Below are positions 25,439 to 33,591 of a DNA stretch of 42,322 nt, one piece after another. The notes below the pieces were generated by a model that saw nothing but the letters and a program-made list of their open reading frames with translations, did not search any database and was not told where the DNA came from. The stretch comes from Kiritimatiellia bacterium (GTDB lineage: Bacteria > Verrucomicrobiota > Kiritimatiellia > JAAZAB01): the NCBI GenBank assembly GCA_041674125.1, contig JBAYWJ010000002.1, positions 1 to 42,322 on the forward strand. The letters are read 5' to 3'. Within the stretch, counting starts at the first letter, position 1. Every line of letters begins with the position of its first letter. A program made the position numbers and the translations under genes.

Positions 25439-26773
25439 TTATTTCCTGCCCGCACCGCGATCCTGCCTCCGGCGCGCGGCTCGTCGAAGCCGGGAAGAAT
25501 GTTTCCCTTTTTTCCAGGACTTATAGTCGCTGATGGCCGCATTGTATGAAGGGGTTCTTACGGGGCCTTTCAGCAGCGGATCATCAACCGCTTCCATCCA
25601 CTTCCAGAGCGAGTTTTCCAGGGCGAGCTGCTCGCTTAGATGTTCGGGCCGGCCGGCCAGGTTGTTGAACTCGTTCGGGTCCGCTTTGAGATCGAACAGC
25701 TCTACCTGGCCGATGACGCGCTTCATCTGGGCATCCTCTGTGCGCACCGGAATTGTGTGATAGTCAGTGGCATTATCGAAGTGGCGGATCAGCTTGAACC
25801 GGTTTGTGCGCACGCAGCGCGTCTGGGTTTTATGGTACAACCCGAACACCTCGGAACGCACGGGGCCAGGAAGTTCCCTGTGCAGGGCGCCGGCGAAGCT
25901 GTGCCCTTCCATTGTTCCCCGGCAACTGACCCCGGCCAGTTCCAGCAGCGTCGGCAGGTAGTCCACGTTGCTCATCAGGAGGCTGCATTCCCGCCCCCCG
26001 GCCAGGCTGCCGCGCGGGTAGCGCACGATCATGCCGATGGCAATCCCGGGGTCGTAAAGGTTCCACTTGGCGCGGGGCATTTCAATTCCGTGATCAGTGG
26101 TAAAAACAACGATGGTGTCATTTTCAAGGCCGCCGGCACGCAGGGCCGCAAGTATCATCGCCACCGCAGAATCCACGACCCGGATCGCGCCCTGGTAGCC
26201 GGCCATGGCTGTCCGGGAAGATAATGTATCGTCCATGTAAGGAGGAATTTCAACTCCCCTCTTGGAGTCGGGACGGGCGCCGTCGCGGTCAAAGGGCGTA
26301 TGTGTTTCGCGGAATCCTACCTGGGCGTAAAAAGGCTGTTGCGGCTGCGAGCTTTCTTTCAGGAAGGCGGCCACCCGGCCGGCAACGGCGAGGGCGTTGG
26401 CCGGCTTCGGCTCCGCCAGGTCAAACTCCAGCCGGCCGAGATCGCTCCCAAGAACTTCATGCTGCACACCAAAAAGCGCCGTACGGTAACCGGCGGCCTT
26501 GAATATCCGGCTTGCGTGCCGGACCCCGTCCCTGATGCGCCAGCCGAAATTTACCAGGTCCATCATACCGTTGCTCTGCGGGTAAAGCCCGGTCAGCTGT
26601 GAAACGCGGCTCGCGGAGCATATGGGCACGGTGCAGAAATAATTCGTGAAGCGCACGCCGCCGGCGGCGAGACTGTCAATGGCCGGGGTATGCAGCGTCG
26701 GGTGGCCGTAGCAACCGAAGTGGCGCCCCGAATCGTGCGTGGTTATCTGGACAATGTTGGGCTTTTGAGACAT
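25439..26773 (-). CDS. Sulfatase family protein
   Basis: ORF track 444 aa. IVQITTHDSGRHFGCYG and active-site variant PICSASRVSQLTG (C-x-A-x-R). Confidence 0.88.
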   Translation of the reverse strand: MSQKPNIVQITTHDSGRHFGCYGHPTLHTPAIDSLAAGGVRFTNYFCTVPICSASRVSQLTGLYPQSNGMMDLVNFGWRIRDGVRHASRIFKAAGYRTALFGVQHEVLGSDLGRLEFDLAEPKPANALAVAGRVAAFLKESSQPQQPFYAQVGFRETHTPFDRDGARPDSKRGVEIPPYMDDTLSSRTAMAGYQGAIRVVDSAVAMILAALRAGGLENDTIVVFTTDHGIEMPRAKWNLYDPGIAIGMIVRYPRGSLAGGRECSLLMSNVDYLPTLLELAGVSCRGTMEGHSFAGALHRELPGPVRSEVFGLYHKTQTRCVRTNRFKLIRHFDNATDYHTIPVRTEDAQMKRVIGQVELFDLKADPNEFNNLAGRPEHLSEQLALENSLWKWMEAVDDPLLKGPVRTPSYNAAISDYKSWKKGKHSSRLRRAARRRQDRGAGRK

Positions 26774-26870
26774 CTTATCAATTCCTTTATATTTTTTTTG
26801 CGTACTATGCCCCGGACAGGAAACGTTTCACATGCAGCGCTGCGCCCCGGCAGTGCGTTTCTTCAGGCGG

Positions 26871-27377
26871 TCAGATGTTGCGGCTGTCATAGGCCCAGTG
26901 CAGGAGCGCCTGCCGCTGGACGCGGCGGCAATTATGATCGCCTTGGCGGCAATGCTTGCGCAGCTGGGCGACATGCCTTTGCATGGCCTTCCAGCGCCCG
27001 ATCTGCCGCTCGTCATCGGCGCAGCGCCGGCCCGAGTAATAGCGGCAGTACCACTGGAACCAGCCGCGCGGGTCTTCGTTGTATATCCATCCTTTCGCAA
27101 TCCAGTAAGCCAGCGGCTTGGAGGCGTTCACTCCGAAAAAATTCAAGGCGGGATTGCGCCGGGCGGGCGACAATTTTGCCCTGGCGAACCAGGATGCCGG
27201 AAATTCCCCGCGGCAATCGGTCATGTATTTCCCGCCGAATACTCCCAGGGCAAGCATCTCGCGCGGAGTCAGCTCCGGTTTGAATGCAGGATGAAAGCAA
27301 CACCCGGCCGGCCTGGTCCGGGAATAACGGTAGTTTTTCTGCATCCTGTCCTTGACCGTAACTGCGACTGGTTTCAT
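26871..27377 (-). CDS. Conserved hypothetical protein (possibly DUF4385-like; named from memory, unverified)
   Basis: ORF track 168 aa. Distinctive blocks are LTPREMLALGVFGGKYMTDC, DPRGWFQWYCRYYSGRR and RQALLHWAYDSR. Confidence 0.55.
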   Translation of the reverse strand: MKPVAVTVKDRMQKNYRYSRTRPAGCCFHPAFKPELTPREMLALGVFGGKYMTDCRGEFPASWFARAKLSPARRNPALNFFGVNASKPLAYWIAKGWIYNEDPRGWFQWYCRYYSGRRCADDERQIGRWKAMQRHVAQLRKHCRQGDHNCRRVQRQALLHWAYDSRNI

Positions 27378-27400
27378 GGTTTTTTGTCCTCAAAAGCAGT

Positions 27401-27913
27401 TCAGCGCTGGTCTACGAATATCAATTGCCCGGTTTCAAAACCCAGCGCGGCCGCCTTTGAGACCAGCGCATCCATGGTTTCCTTGTTCATTGCCGGCGTT
27501 CTGGCCAGGATCCATAGATAGGATTTATCGGACCCGCAAACGAGCGCATGCTGGTAACCCTCGCGGTCGAGCTCAAAAACGACATAGGAACCGTAAAACG
27601 GCCAGAAGAACGAAACCTTCAGGTAGCCCCGGTCCGCCGCCCCGGCAAAATAGGCTTTACCCTCGGCTTGCTTCCATTTTTTTTCCTTTTCGGAATAGCC
27701 GCGGTTCAGAACCCTGACATCGCCGTCTTCCCTCAGGCTGTAATCGGCCGTTACCCGGCTAAGCCCCCGCTCGAAGGAATGGTCCAGCCGGGCAATCTCG
27801 TACCACTTGCCCAGGTATTGATCCAATTTGAAATTGTCAACCGGATTGACGCCGCGGGGCATGCCGGCGCACCCGGCCAATAACAGGGCCAACACCATTG
27901 CCATATTTTTCAT
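27401..27913 (-). CDS. blc: Bacterial lipocalin (outer-membrane lipoprotein Blc)
   Basis: ORF track 170 aa. Lipobox LLAGC and the lipocalin signature LDQYLGKWYEIARLDHSFERG. Confidence 0.9.
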   Translation of the reverse strand: MKNMAMVLALLLAGCAGMPRGVNPVDNFKLDQYLGKWYEIARLDHSFERGLSRVTADYSLREDGDVRVLNRGYSEKEKKWKQAEGKAYFAGAADRGYLKVSFFWPFYGSYVVFELDREGYQHALVCGSDKSYLWILARTPAMNKETMDALVSKAAALGFETGQLIFVDQR

Positions 27914-27984
27914 GTCTCTTCAATCCTCACGATGCGAATTTCTCCTTCAGCCGGCACGCGTCAAGCCGCCATCCAGGATTCGCC

Positions 27985-28986
27985 TCACGGCCGGTAAGGC
28001 AAGGGCGCGCACAGCGCCCGCAGGTTTTCTTGCGGCGTTTTTGCCGGGATTTCACAGCCGGCATTTATCATGTAAGGGTTGCCCGCCTGCTCATAGCAGC
28101 GCCGCGCCGCATCCCTGATCAGGCCGGGCGTTCCATGCATGACGACGGAGACCGGATCCAGGTTGCCCGTTATGGCGACCCGCCCGCCCACGGCCCTGCG
28201 CACGGCTGCCAGGCTGACCATGTGATCCACATCAAGGACATCAACGCCAAGGTCAGCAATGCCAGGCAACAGATGGGTTATGTTGCCGCAGATGTGCAGC
28301 TTGACAAAAGCCCCCATGCTTTTGATGGCCCGGACAATCCGCTTTTCCCGCGGCTGGATCATCTGCTCGTATGTGTCCGGGGCGATCTGGCTGGCGATTG
28401 CATCGCCAATGCCAACCGTATCGGCCCCCGCATCAACCTGGGCGCGCGCAAACGCAACGGCCGCCTCAACGCAGAGGTCCATGAGCTCGCCGGCAAACGT
28501 CTTGTCCTCCATCAAATCCACCAGGAAGGTGGTCACGTCGCGGAGGTCGGCGGCTTCCGCCGCCGGACCCTCGATCCAGCCAAGCACCGAATATTTTCCG
28601 TCACAATTCCGCCGGTAAGCTTCAACGGCCCGGACCCTGTCGCGCATGCGGATGGAACCCGCCGGGTCAGGCCGGGCAAGCACGGATAGATCCTTGCTGT
28701 CCCGGAGGGGATGAGAACTGCGGGGCGGGCCGTCCGGCATGTATTCGATCTCGGCGCCGAACCCCTGCGTTTCCCGGTATGGATCGGAAATGCAGCTCAG
28801 CTGGTCTATTCCGAAATCCACGGCGCACCGCTCGTTGGCCCGGACGAGCACGCGGAAATCGGAGGCAAAGGCGGCATAGTTTGAGCCGATATATTCGGCT
28901 GCAAATTGCATCAGGATGGGCGTCCGCGCCAAAAAATCCACCGGCGCTCCGCCGAGGGTGTTAATGTATCTTTCATATCCGTTCAT
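27985..28986 (-). CDS. Uroporphyrinogen-decarboxylase (URO-D) family protein, MtaA/methyltransferase-like
   Basis: ORF track 333 aa. The length and blocks (PILMQFAAEY, LSCISDPYRETQGFG, LHICGN) fit URO-D-fold proteins. Confidence 0.7.
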   Translation of the reverse strand: MNGYERYINTLGGAPVDFLARTPILMQFAAEYIGSNYAAFASDFRVLVRANERCAVDFGIDQLSCISDPYRETQGFGAEIEYMPDGPPRSSHPLRDSKDLSVLARPDPAGSIRMRDRVRAVEAYRRNCDGKYSVLGWIEGPAAEAADLRDVTTFLVDLMEDKTFAGELMDLCVEAAVAFARAQVDAGADTVGIGDAIASQIAPDTYEQMIQPREKRIVRAIKSMGAFVKLHICGNITHLLPGIADLGVDVLDVDHMVSLAAVRRAVGGRVAITGNLDPVSVVMHGTPGLIRDAARRCYEQAGNPYMINAGCEIPAKTPQENLRALCAPLPYRP

Positions 28987-29146
28987 AGCACCTGTCTTTC
29001 TTTTCCGGGAACCCGGCAGGGCGGCGTTGAACCTGAATACACGGTTTGACCGGTTATCTTATCAGCCGGGAGCGGCCTGTCAAAATTATTATCACAAGGA
29101 TTATGCTGGCCTGTCGCACGCGTTGCAATTATCTTATGGCCGGGTC

Positions 29147-30622
29147 ATGAAAAACAAATCCGCAAAATTCAGGCAGGTGGACCGCAAGTTCCTCTGGCAC
29201 CCCTACTCCGGCCATTCGGCGATACAGAACTATGATTTCCCGGTCATCGTCCGCGGCAAGGGCCCTTTCCTTTACGACGCCGGCGGCAAAAGATATTTCG
29301 ATGTGATTTCATCCTGGTGGTGCTGCAGCCTGGGCCACGGCCACCCGCGCATCGTCGCGGCCATCAAAAGGCAGGCCGGCAAACTCCAGCACAGCATCCT
29401 CGGCAACATGTCCCACCCGGGGGCGATCGAGCTGGCCGAAAAGATCTCCGGTTTATTTCAACGGTCTGTCACGCCGCGCTTGAACTTTTCAGACGGACGG
29501 ACAAGGATGTCCGTCCCTGCCCCGGACAAGAATAATCGCCGCGTTTTTTTTGCATGCGACGGCGCCTCGGCGGTTGAGGCCGCGCTAAAAATTGCCGCCC
29601 AGTACTGGCACAACGCCGGCCGCCCGGAGCGCAGCCGTTTTGTGTCGCTTTCAAACGCCTACCACGGCGACACGCTCGGGGCGGTATCGGTCGGCTTTTT
29701 GCCCGGCTTCCACAAGCCCTATAAGCCGCTGACTTTCCCGGTATACCGCGCCAAAGCGCCACACTGCGCTGAGTGCGGTTACGGCGGAACGTCCTGCTGC
29801 GCCCGGGGAACTTCGCCGGACAAGGGACTGTCCCGCCCTGCCTCTGGAAATTCTCAAGCGAAGATCCTGCATGACAGTTCAGCCCCGTGCAACTGTGAAT
29901 GCTTCAAATCCATGGAACAAATCATTGAAAACCATTCCGGAGAAGTTGCGGCGGTGATAGTCGAACCGCTCTGCCAGTGCGCCGCCGGCATGAACATGTA
30001 TCCTCCGGATTATCTTAAACTGCTGGCCGCGCTCTGCCATAAGCACAAAATTCTCCTGATCGCCGACGAAATCGCGGTCGGATTCGGGCGCACCGGCAAA
30101 ATGTTCGCGTTCGAGCACGCCGGGATAGACCCGGATATCGTCTGCATCGGGAAATCGCTCTCCGGAGGGTATCTCCCGATAAGCGCGACGGTGGTAAAGG
30201 AAAATATTTATTCGACTTTCTCAGATCTGCCCAAAGATAATACCTTCTACCACGGCCACACCTTCGCCGGCAACCCGATTGCCTGCGCCGCCGCCAGCGA
30301 GGTTTTGGATATTTACAAGGAAGAGGGCATCGTCGCCATGGCTTGGCGCAAGGGCAAGATGATGGCGGAACTGGCGGCGCCGTTGCGGGGCATCCGGGGC
30401 GTGGAAAACGTCCGGTCCCTGGGCATGCTGGCCGCGCTTGACATGAGCGGTGATGACGGCGCAAGGCGCGCGCAGGCAGTCAGGAAAAGCCTGTTAACCA
30501 GGGGCGTGCTGGTGCGCCCGCTGGGGAACGTTGTTTACCTCATGCCGCCCCTGGTGACACCGGATGGTCTGATCAGGGAGACGATTGATTTGCTGGCGGA
30601 AACACTGGAGAGCGTATTATAA
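29147..30622 (+). CDS. bioA: Adenosylmethionine-8-amino-7-oxononanoate aminotransferase carrying two extra in-frame segments
   Basis: ORF track 28916-30622. The start is moved to ATG 29147 (MKNKSAKFRQVDRKFLWHPY). Motifs are SSWWCCSLGHGHP, DEIAVGFGRTGKMFA and the PLP lysine in IGKSLSGGYLP. At 491 aa it compares with roughly 430-450 aa for characterised BioA. Confidence 0.85.
   Translation: MKNKSAKFRQVDRKFLWHPYSGHSAIQNYDFPVIVRGKGPFLYDAGGKRYFDVISSWWCCSLGHGHPRIVAAIKRQAGKLQHSILGNMSHPGAIELAEKISGLFQRSVTPRLNFSDGRTRMSVPAPDKNNRRVFFACDGASAVEAALKIAAQYWHNAGRPERSRFVSLSNAYHGDTLGAVSVGFLPGFHKPYKPLTFPVYRAKAPHCAECGYGGTSCCARGTSPDKGLSRPASGNSQAKILHDSSAPCNCECFKSMEQIIENHSGEVAAVIVEPLCQCAAGMNMYPPDYLKLLAALCHKHKILLIADEIAVGFGRTGKMFAFEHAGIDPDIVCIGKSLSGGYLPISATVVKENIYSTFSDLPKDNTFYHGHTFAGNPIACAAASEVLDIYKEEGIVAMAWRKGKMMAELAAPLRGIRGVENVRSLGMLAALDMSGDDGARRAQAVRKSLLTRGVLVRPLGNVVYLMPPLVTPDGLIRETIDLLAETLESVL
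29495..29521. repeat. REP-like hairpin motif inside bioA, copy 1
   Basis: GGACGGACA-agga-TGTCCGTCC (9-bp perfect stem) followed by CTGCC. Shares CGGACAAGG...TGTCC..CCCTGCC with copy 2. Confidence 0.45.
29816..29842. repeat. REP-like motif inside bioA, copy 2
   Basis: The sequence is CCGGACAAGGGACTGTCCCGCCCTGCC. The 12-mer CTGTCCCGCCCT (29828-29839) is the exact reverse complement of AGGGCGGGACAG at 8924-8935 in the intergenic REP-like element. Confidence 0.45.
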
Positions 30623-30626
30623 AGAT

Positions 30627-30724
30627 GTCATTCCCGATCTGTTCACAGAATCGGGAATCCAGGGTCAGATCAATCCGTTATGTTCATCAATCATTCACTG
30701 GATTCCCGCTTACGCGGGAATGAC
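30627..30724. repeat. Pair of palindromic REP-type repeats (GTCATTCCCG...CGGGAAT class) downstream of bioA; the first may act as a terminator
   Basis: In hairpin 1 (30627-30660), ATTCCCGAT pairs with ATCGGGAAT across 11 nt. In hairpin 2 (30700-30724), ATTCCCGC pairs with GCGGGAAT across ttac. The two copies are mutually inverted. They translate to the spurious peptides IPAYAGMT / LDSRLRGNDG that are widely seen for this repeat class. Confidence 0.55.
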
Positions 30725-30750
30725 GGAATGGACATGGGAAACAAGGAATA

Positions 30751-30864
30751 TTATTTTTCCGTTTCCCCGTCCTTCTGCCTGAAAATTCTGCCAAAGCAAA
30801 AGACAACCAGGGCGGTTATCGTCGCCCAGGAAACAACCATCAATATCAACCCGCCCGCAGTCAT
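30751..30864 (-). CDS. MetS-like small membrane subunit of the NSS transporter (37 aa)
   Basis: Not a separate entry in the ORF track. The product is MTAGGLILMVVSWATITALVVFCFGRIFRQKDGETEK. Its ATG overlaps the transporter stop (ATGA at 30861-30864). It has a single TM helix followed by a basic tail. Confidence 0.55.
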   Translation of the reverse strand: MTAGGLILMVVSWATITALVVFCFGRIFRQKDGETEK

Positions 30865-32441
30865 GGCTTTGCCTCCGCGTGGAGCCGCTTGCGCCGCCAG
30901 GCGATCTTGACCAGCGCGCACAGCACGATGAAAATCGCCAGCAGCCCCAGGCGCGTGGCGATGATGTAAGGGCGGCATTCCGGCGTGACTTTTTTCATGA
31001 GGATTATGCCCCCCCACTCCTGCCAGAGCCAGGCCCCGAGGATGAAGAAAAGGAAGAGCGGGGTGACGTATTTGATGATCCACTTGTAAAATTTCGGCAG
31101 GGTCAGGTCGGCGCCGTGGTGAATCTCGTCCCAGGCCTTGTCCATGCCGAAGACCCAGGCAAACAAAATGACCTCGATCGTCGCGAAGACGACCAGAAAA
31201 AAAGTTCCGCCCCAGAAATCGAGCTCGTCCAGCACGCCCCTGCCGAGCAGGAATACCGCCGGCTGGCAGAGCAGGAATGCAACTGAGCCGAAAATGACTA
31301 TTGCCTTTTTGCGGTCGATATCGAATTCGTCCTCGAGAAACGCGATCGAGGGCTGGGCGAGCGAGACCGAAGAAGTCACGCCGGCCAGGAAAAGCAGCAG
31401 GAACCAGACGAAGCCGAAAAACCCGGCCCAGGGAAGCTGGTTCAGCACCAGCGGCATGGTGACGAACCCCAGGTTGAACGTTCCGGATGAGGCGACCGCC
31501 TGCATTTCTCCCTGGCCGAAAAACACGAACGCCGCGGGAATTATGATGCTGCCGCCCAGGATTACCTCGGCCAGCTCATTCGTCCCGGCCGCGGTCAGGC
31601 CGGAAAGGACGACATCGTCGGTCCGCGAAAGGTAGCTGGCATAGGTCAGGATCACGCCGATCCCGACGCTCAGCGTGAAGAATATCTGCCCGGCCGCCTC
31701 GAGCCATACCTTGGCCGATTTCAGGGCCGAGAAGTCGGGGTTCCACATGAAGCCCAGCCCGTTGATGATGTTCCTTTCGGGGAAATTTTCCGAGGGGGTT
31801 CCGAGCATTAACACCCGCACGAGCAGGATTATGGCGCAGGCGAAGAGCAGCGGCAGGGCCACCTTGCAAAGGCGCTCTATGCCGCCGCGGATGCCGTGGT
31901 AAATTACGCTTATGTTCAGGAAAAAAGTCACCAGGAAAAACACGTAAGCCCAGCCCATAGAGCTGAAATGCGCGTTGTGCTCCAGGCCCTGAAAGCCGCG
32001 CAAAAAGGCCTGCATGGAAGCCTGGTCCGCAAGGCCCGCGTATTTGCCCATGAGCGCGAAAACGCTGTAGGCCAGGGTCCAGGACTCGATGTAGGTGTAA
32101 TAGATGAAAATCACCAGCGGCCCGAAAATCCCGATGACGCCGAAATATTTTACAAACCTGTTCTTCCTCAGCAGGCTGTGGAAGATGCCCGGCGCGGTGC
32201 CGTGCTCGAACCCGCCGCCGTAGCGGCCCATGGTCCATTCGATCCACATGAGCGGCAGACCCAGGAGCAGGAAGGAGACAAAGTATGGTATCATGAAGGC
32301 GCCCCCGCCGTTGGCGACAGCCTTCACCGGGAAGCGCAGGAAATTTCCCAGTCCTATGGCCGAGCCCGCCACGGCCATGATGATGGCCAGGCGCGAGCCC
32401 CATGTATCCCGTATTGCCGGCATGACCTGTTTAATTATCAA
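30861..32441 (-). CDS. Sodium-dependent transporter, neurotransmitter:sodium symporter (NSS/SNF) family
   Basis: ORF track 526 aa. The N-terminal block WGSRLAIIMAVAGSAIGLGNFLRFPVKAVANGGGAFMIPY is the NSS signature. About 11-12 TM segments. Confidence 0.9.
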   Translation of the reverse strand: MIIKQVMPAIRDTWGSRLAIIMAVAGSAIGLGNFLRFPVKAVANGGGAFMIPYFVSFLLLGLPLMWIEWTMGRYGGGFEHGTAPGIFHSLLRKNRFVKYFGVIGIFGPLVIFIYYTYIESWTLAYSVFALMGKYAGLADQASMQAFLRGFQGLEHNAHFSSMGWAYVFFLVTFFLNISVIYHGIRGGIERLCKVALPLLFACAIILLVRVLMLGTPSENFPERNIINGLGFMWNPDFSALKSAKVWLEAAGQIFFTLSVGIGVILTYASYLSRTDDVVLSGLTAAGTNELAEVILGGSIIIPAAFVFFGQGEMQAVASSGTFNLGFVTMPLVLNQLPWAGFFGFVWFLLLFLAGVTSSVSLAQPSIAFLEDEFDIDRKKAIVIFGSVAFLLCQPAVFLLGRGVLDELDFWGGTFFLVVFATIEVILFAWVFGMDKAWDEIHHGADLTLPKFYKWIIKYVTPLFLFFILGAWLWQEWGGIILMKKVTPECRPYIIATRLGLLAIFIVLCALVKIAWRRKRLHAEAKP

Positions 32442-32503
32442 TTTACGGCTGCGCTGTCAATTTGCGCGTGCTGCCATTTCAACCGCCGCCCGGCCCTATT
32501 GCC

Positions 32504-32532
32504 TTGACTTTTGCATGCCGGCCTGTGATTAT
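32504..32532 (+). promoter_or_regulatory. Candidate sigma70-type promoter for the SBP/kinase operon
   Basis: TTGACT (32504-32509), a 17-nt spacer, then GATTAT (32527-32532). The consensus is E. coli-like, so relevance in this lineage is uncertain. Confidence 0.3.
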
Positions 32533-32541
32533 TTTTTCTGA

Positions 32542-33591
32542 ATGGGTTTTTATAACCAGCGCTTACAGGCGATGTTGCCAATGAATCTGGAACTTGCATG
32601 CCGCAGGTGGCCGGCCACATTATTGCTGGCTGCGGCAGTGTGCATTGCAGCTATCGCGCCGGGCTGCCTGAAAAAACCTGCACCGGAGCCCCGACAGGTC
32701 TCGATCGCCTTCCAGCAATGGGTGGGCTACGGCCTCTTTTACCTGGCCCAGGACAAGGGGTTCTGCCATCAGGAAAGCATCGAGCTGCTCTTCGTAAATG
32801 AAGAACTTGATTCAGCACGCGAGGAGGCCTTAATGGAAGGGATGCTTGACTGCGAGGCCGCCACCCTTGACCTCCTCGTGTCGAAGGCCATCCACGGAAC
32901 CCGGGTTGTCATGGTCATGGAGCTTGACCATTCCTGCGGCAGTGACGGCATTGTGGCCGCGGAAAACATTAAAACCATCCAAGACCTGGAGCACAAAAAG
33001 GTGACCCTGGCAAGGAACAACGTGGGCGAACATTTTCTTGCTTACCTGATGCAATCGCAAGGATTATCATTGACCAACATCACTGTTGTCCCAGCCCTGC
33101 CGGACGAGGCCGCCGATGTTTTCCTGGCCGGCAAGGCCGAGGCCTGCGCCACGTGGGAACCGCACCTATCCGAGGCGCTCCGCAGGCCCGGCGCGCATCT
33201 GCTGGCCTCGACCAGGGAACACCCGGGCGCCATCATCGATGTCATGAACGTAAGGAAGGACCTCGTTGACAACGAGCCGGAGCTCGTGAAAAAAATCATG
33301 CGCGCCTGGTTCAAGGCCCTTGATTATTTCAGGAACAACCCGGAGGAAGCCGCCGCCATCATAGCGCCCCGCTTTAAAATAACCGCCCGGCAATACCTTG
33401 AACAGGTCAAGGGCCTGAAGTGGACCGGTCGCCAGGAACAGCTCTCCCCGGAAAGCATGCATAACCAAATGCGGATATTTGATTGCATCGCAAGGCACAA
33501 AACTGAGCGGGACAGTTCCGCCAAAAAGCCCGAAGCCGCGCATTTCCTTAACCGGGCTTTACTGGAAACACTTGATGAAACTGGCCAATAA
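32542..33591 (+). CDS. Lipoprotein solute-binding protein, NMT1/SsuA/TauA-like (NitT/TauT family)
   Basis: ORF track 349 aa. The likely true start is ATG 32572 or 32581, giving MNLELACRRWPATLLLAAAVCIAAIAPGC (lipobox). Contains VSIAFQQWVGYGLFYLAQDKGF and GSDGIVAAENIKTIQDLEHKKV blocks. Confidence 0.7.
   Translation: MGFYNQRLQAMLPMNLELACRRWPATLLLAAAVCIAAIAPGCLKKPAPEPRQVSIAFQQWVGYGLFYLAQDKGFCHQESIELLFVNEELDSAREEALMEGMLDCEAATLDLLVSKAIHGTRVVMVMELDHSCGSDGIVAAENIKTIQDLEHKKVTLARNNVGEHFLAYLMQSQGLSLTNITVVPALPDEAADVFLAGKAEACATWEPHLSEALRRPGAHLLASTREHPGAIIDVMNVRKDLVDNEPELVKKIMRAWFKALDYFRNNPEEAAAIIAPRFKITARQYLEQVKGLKWTGRQEQLSPESMHNQMRIFDCIARHKTERDSSAKKPEAAHFLNRALLETLDETGQ

Noticed and set aside
26820-26861. 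A 10-bp palindrome GAAACGTTTC with a second CGTTTC 30 nt downstream, between the DUF4385-like gene and sulfatase 2. Other short GC hairpins occur at 38963-38978 and about 10790-10815.
   Set aside because: These are too short and lack a T-tract or a repeated partner. They cannot be distinguished from chance in G+C-rich DNA without transcript data.
28916-29146. N-terminal extensions offered by the ORF track for bioA (28916). Similar extensions are offered for the kinase (33479), purD (38976), bioF (14198), bioC (19958) and the DUF4838-like gene (8879).
   Set aside because: Internal ATGs give canonical family N-termini, signal peptides or RBS spacing. The extensions overlap upstream genes or promoters.
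30585-30910. Track ORFs 30585-30782 and 30680-30910 encode ...IPAYAGMTEW... and ...LDSRLRGNDG....
   Set aside because: These peptides are the classic translation artefacts of the GTCATTCCCG/CGGGAATGAC palindromic repeat, not genes.
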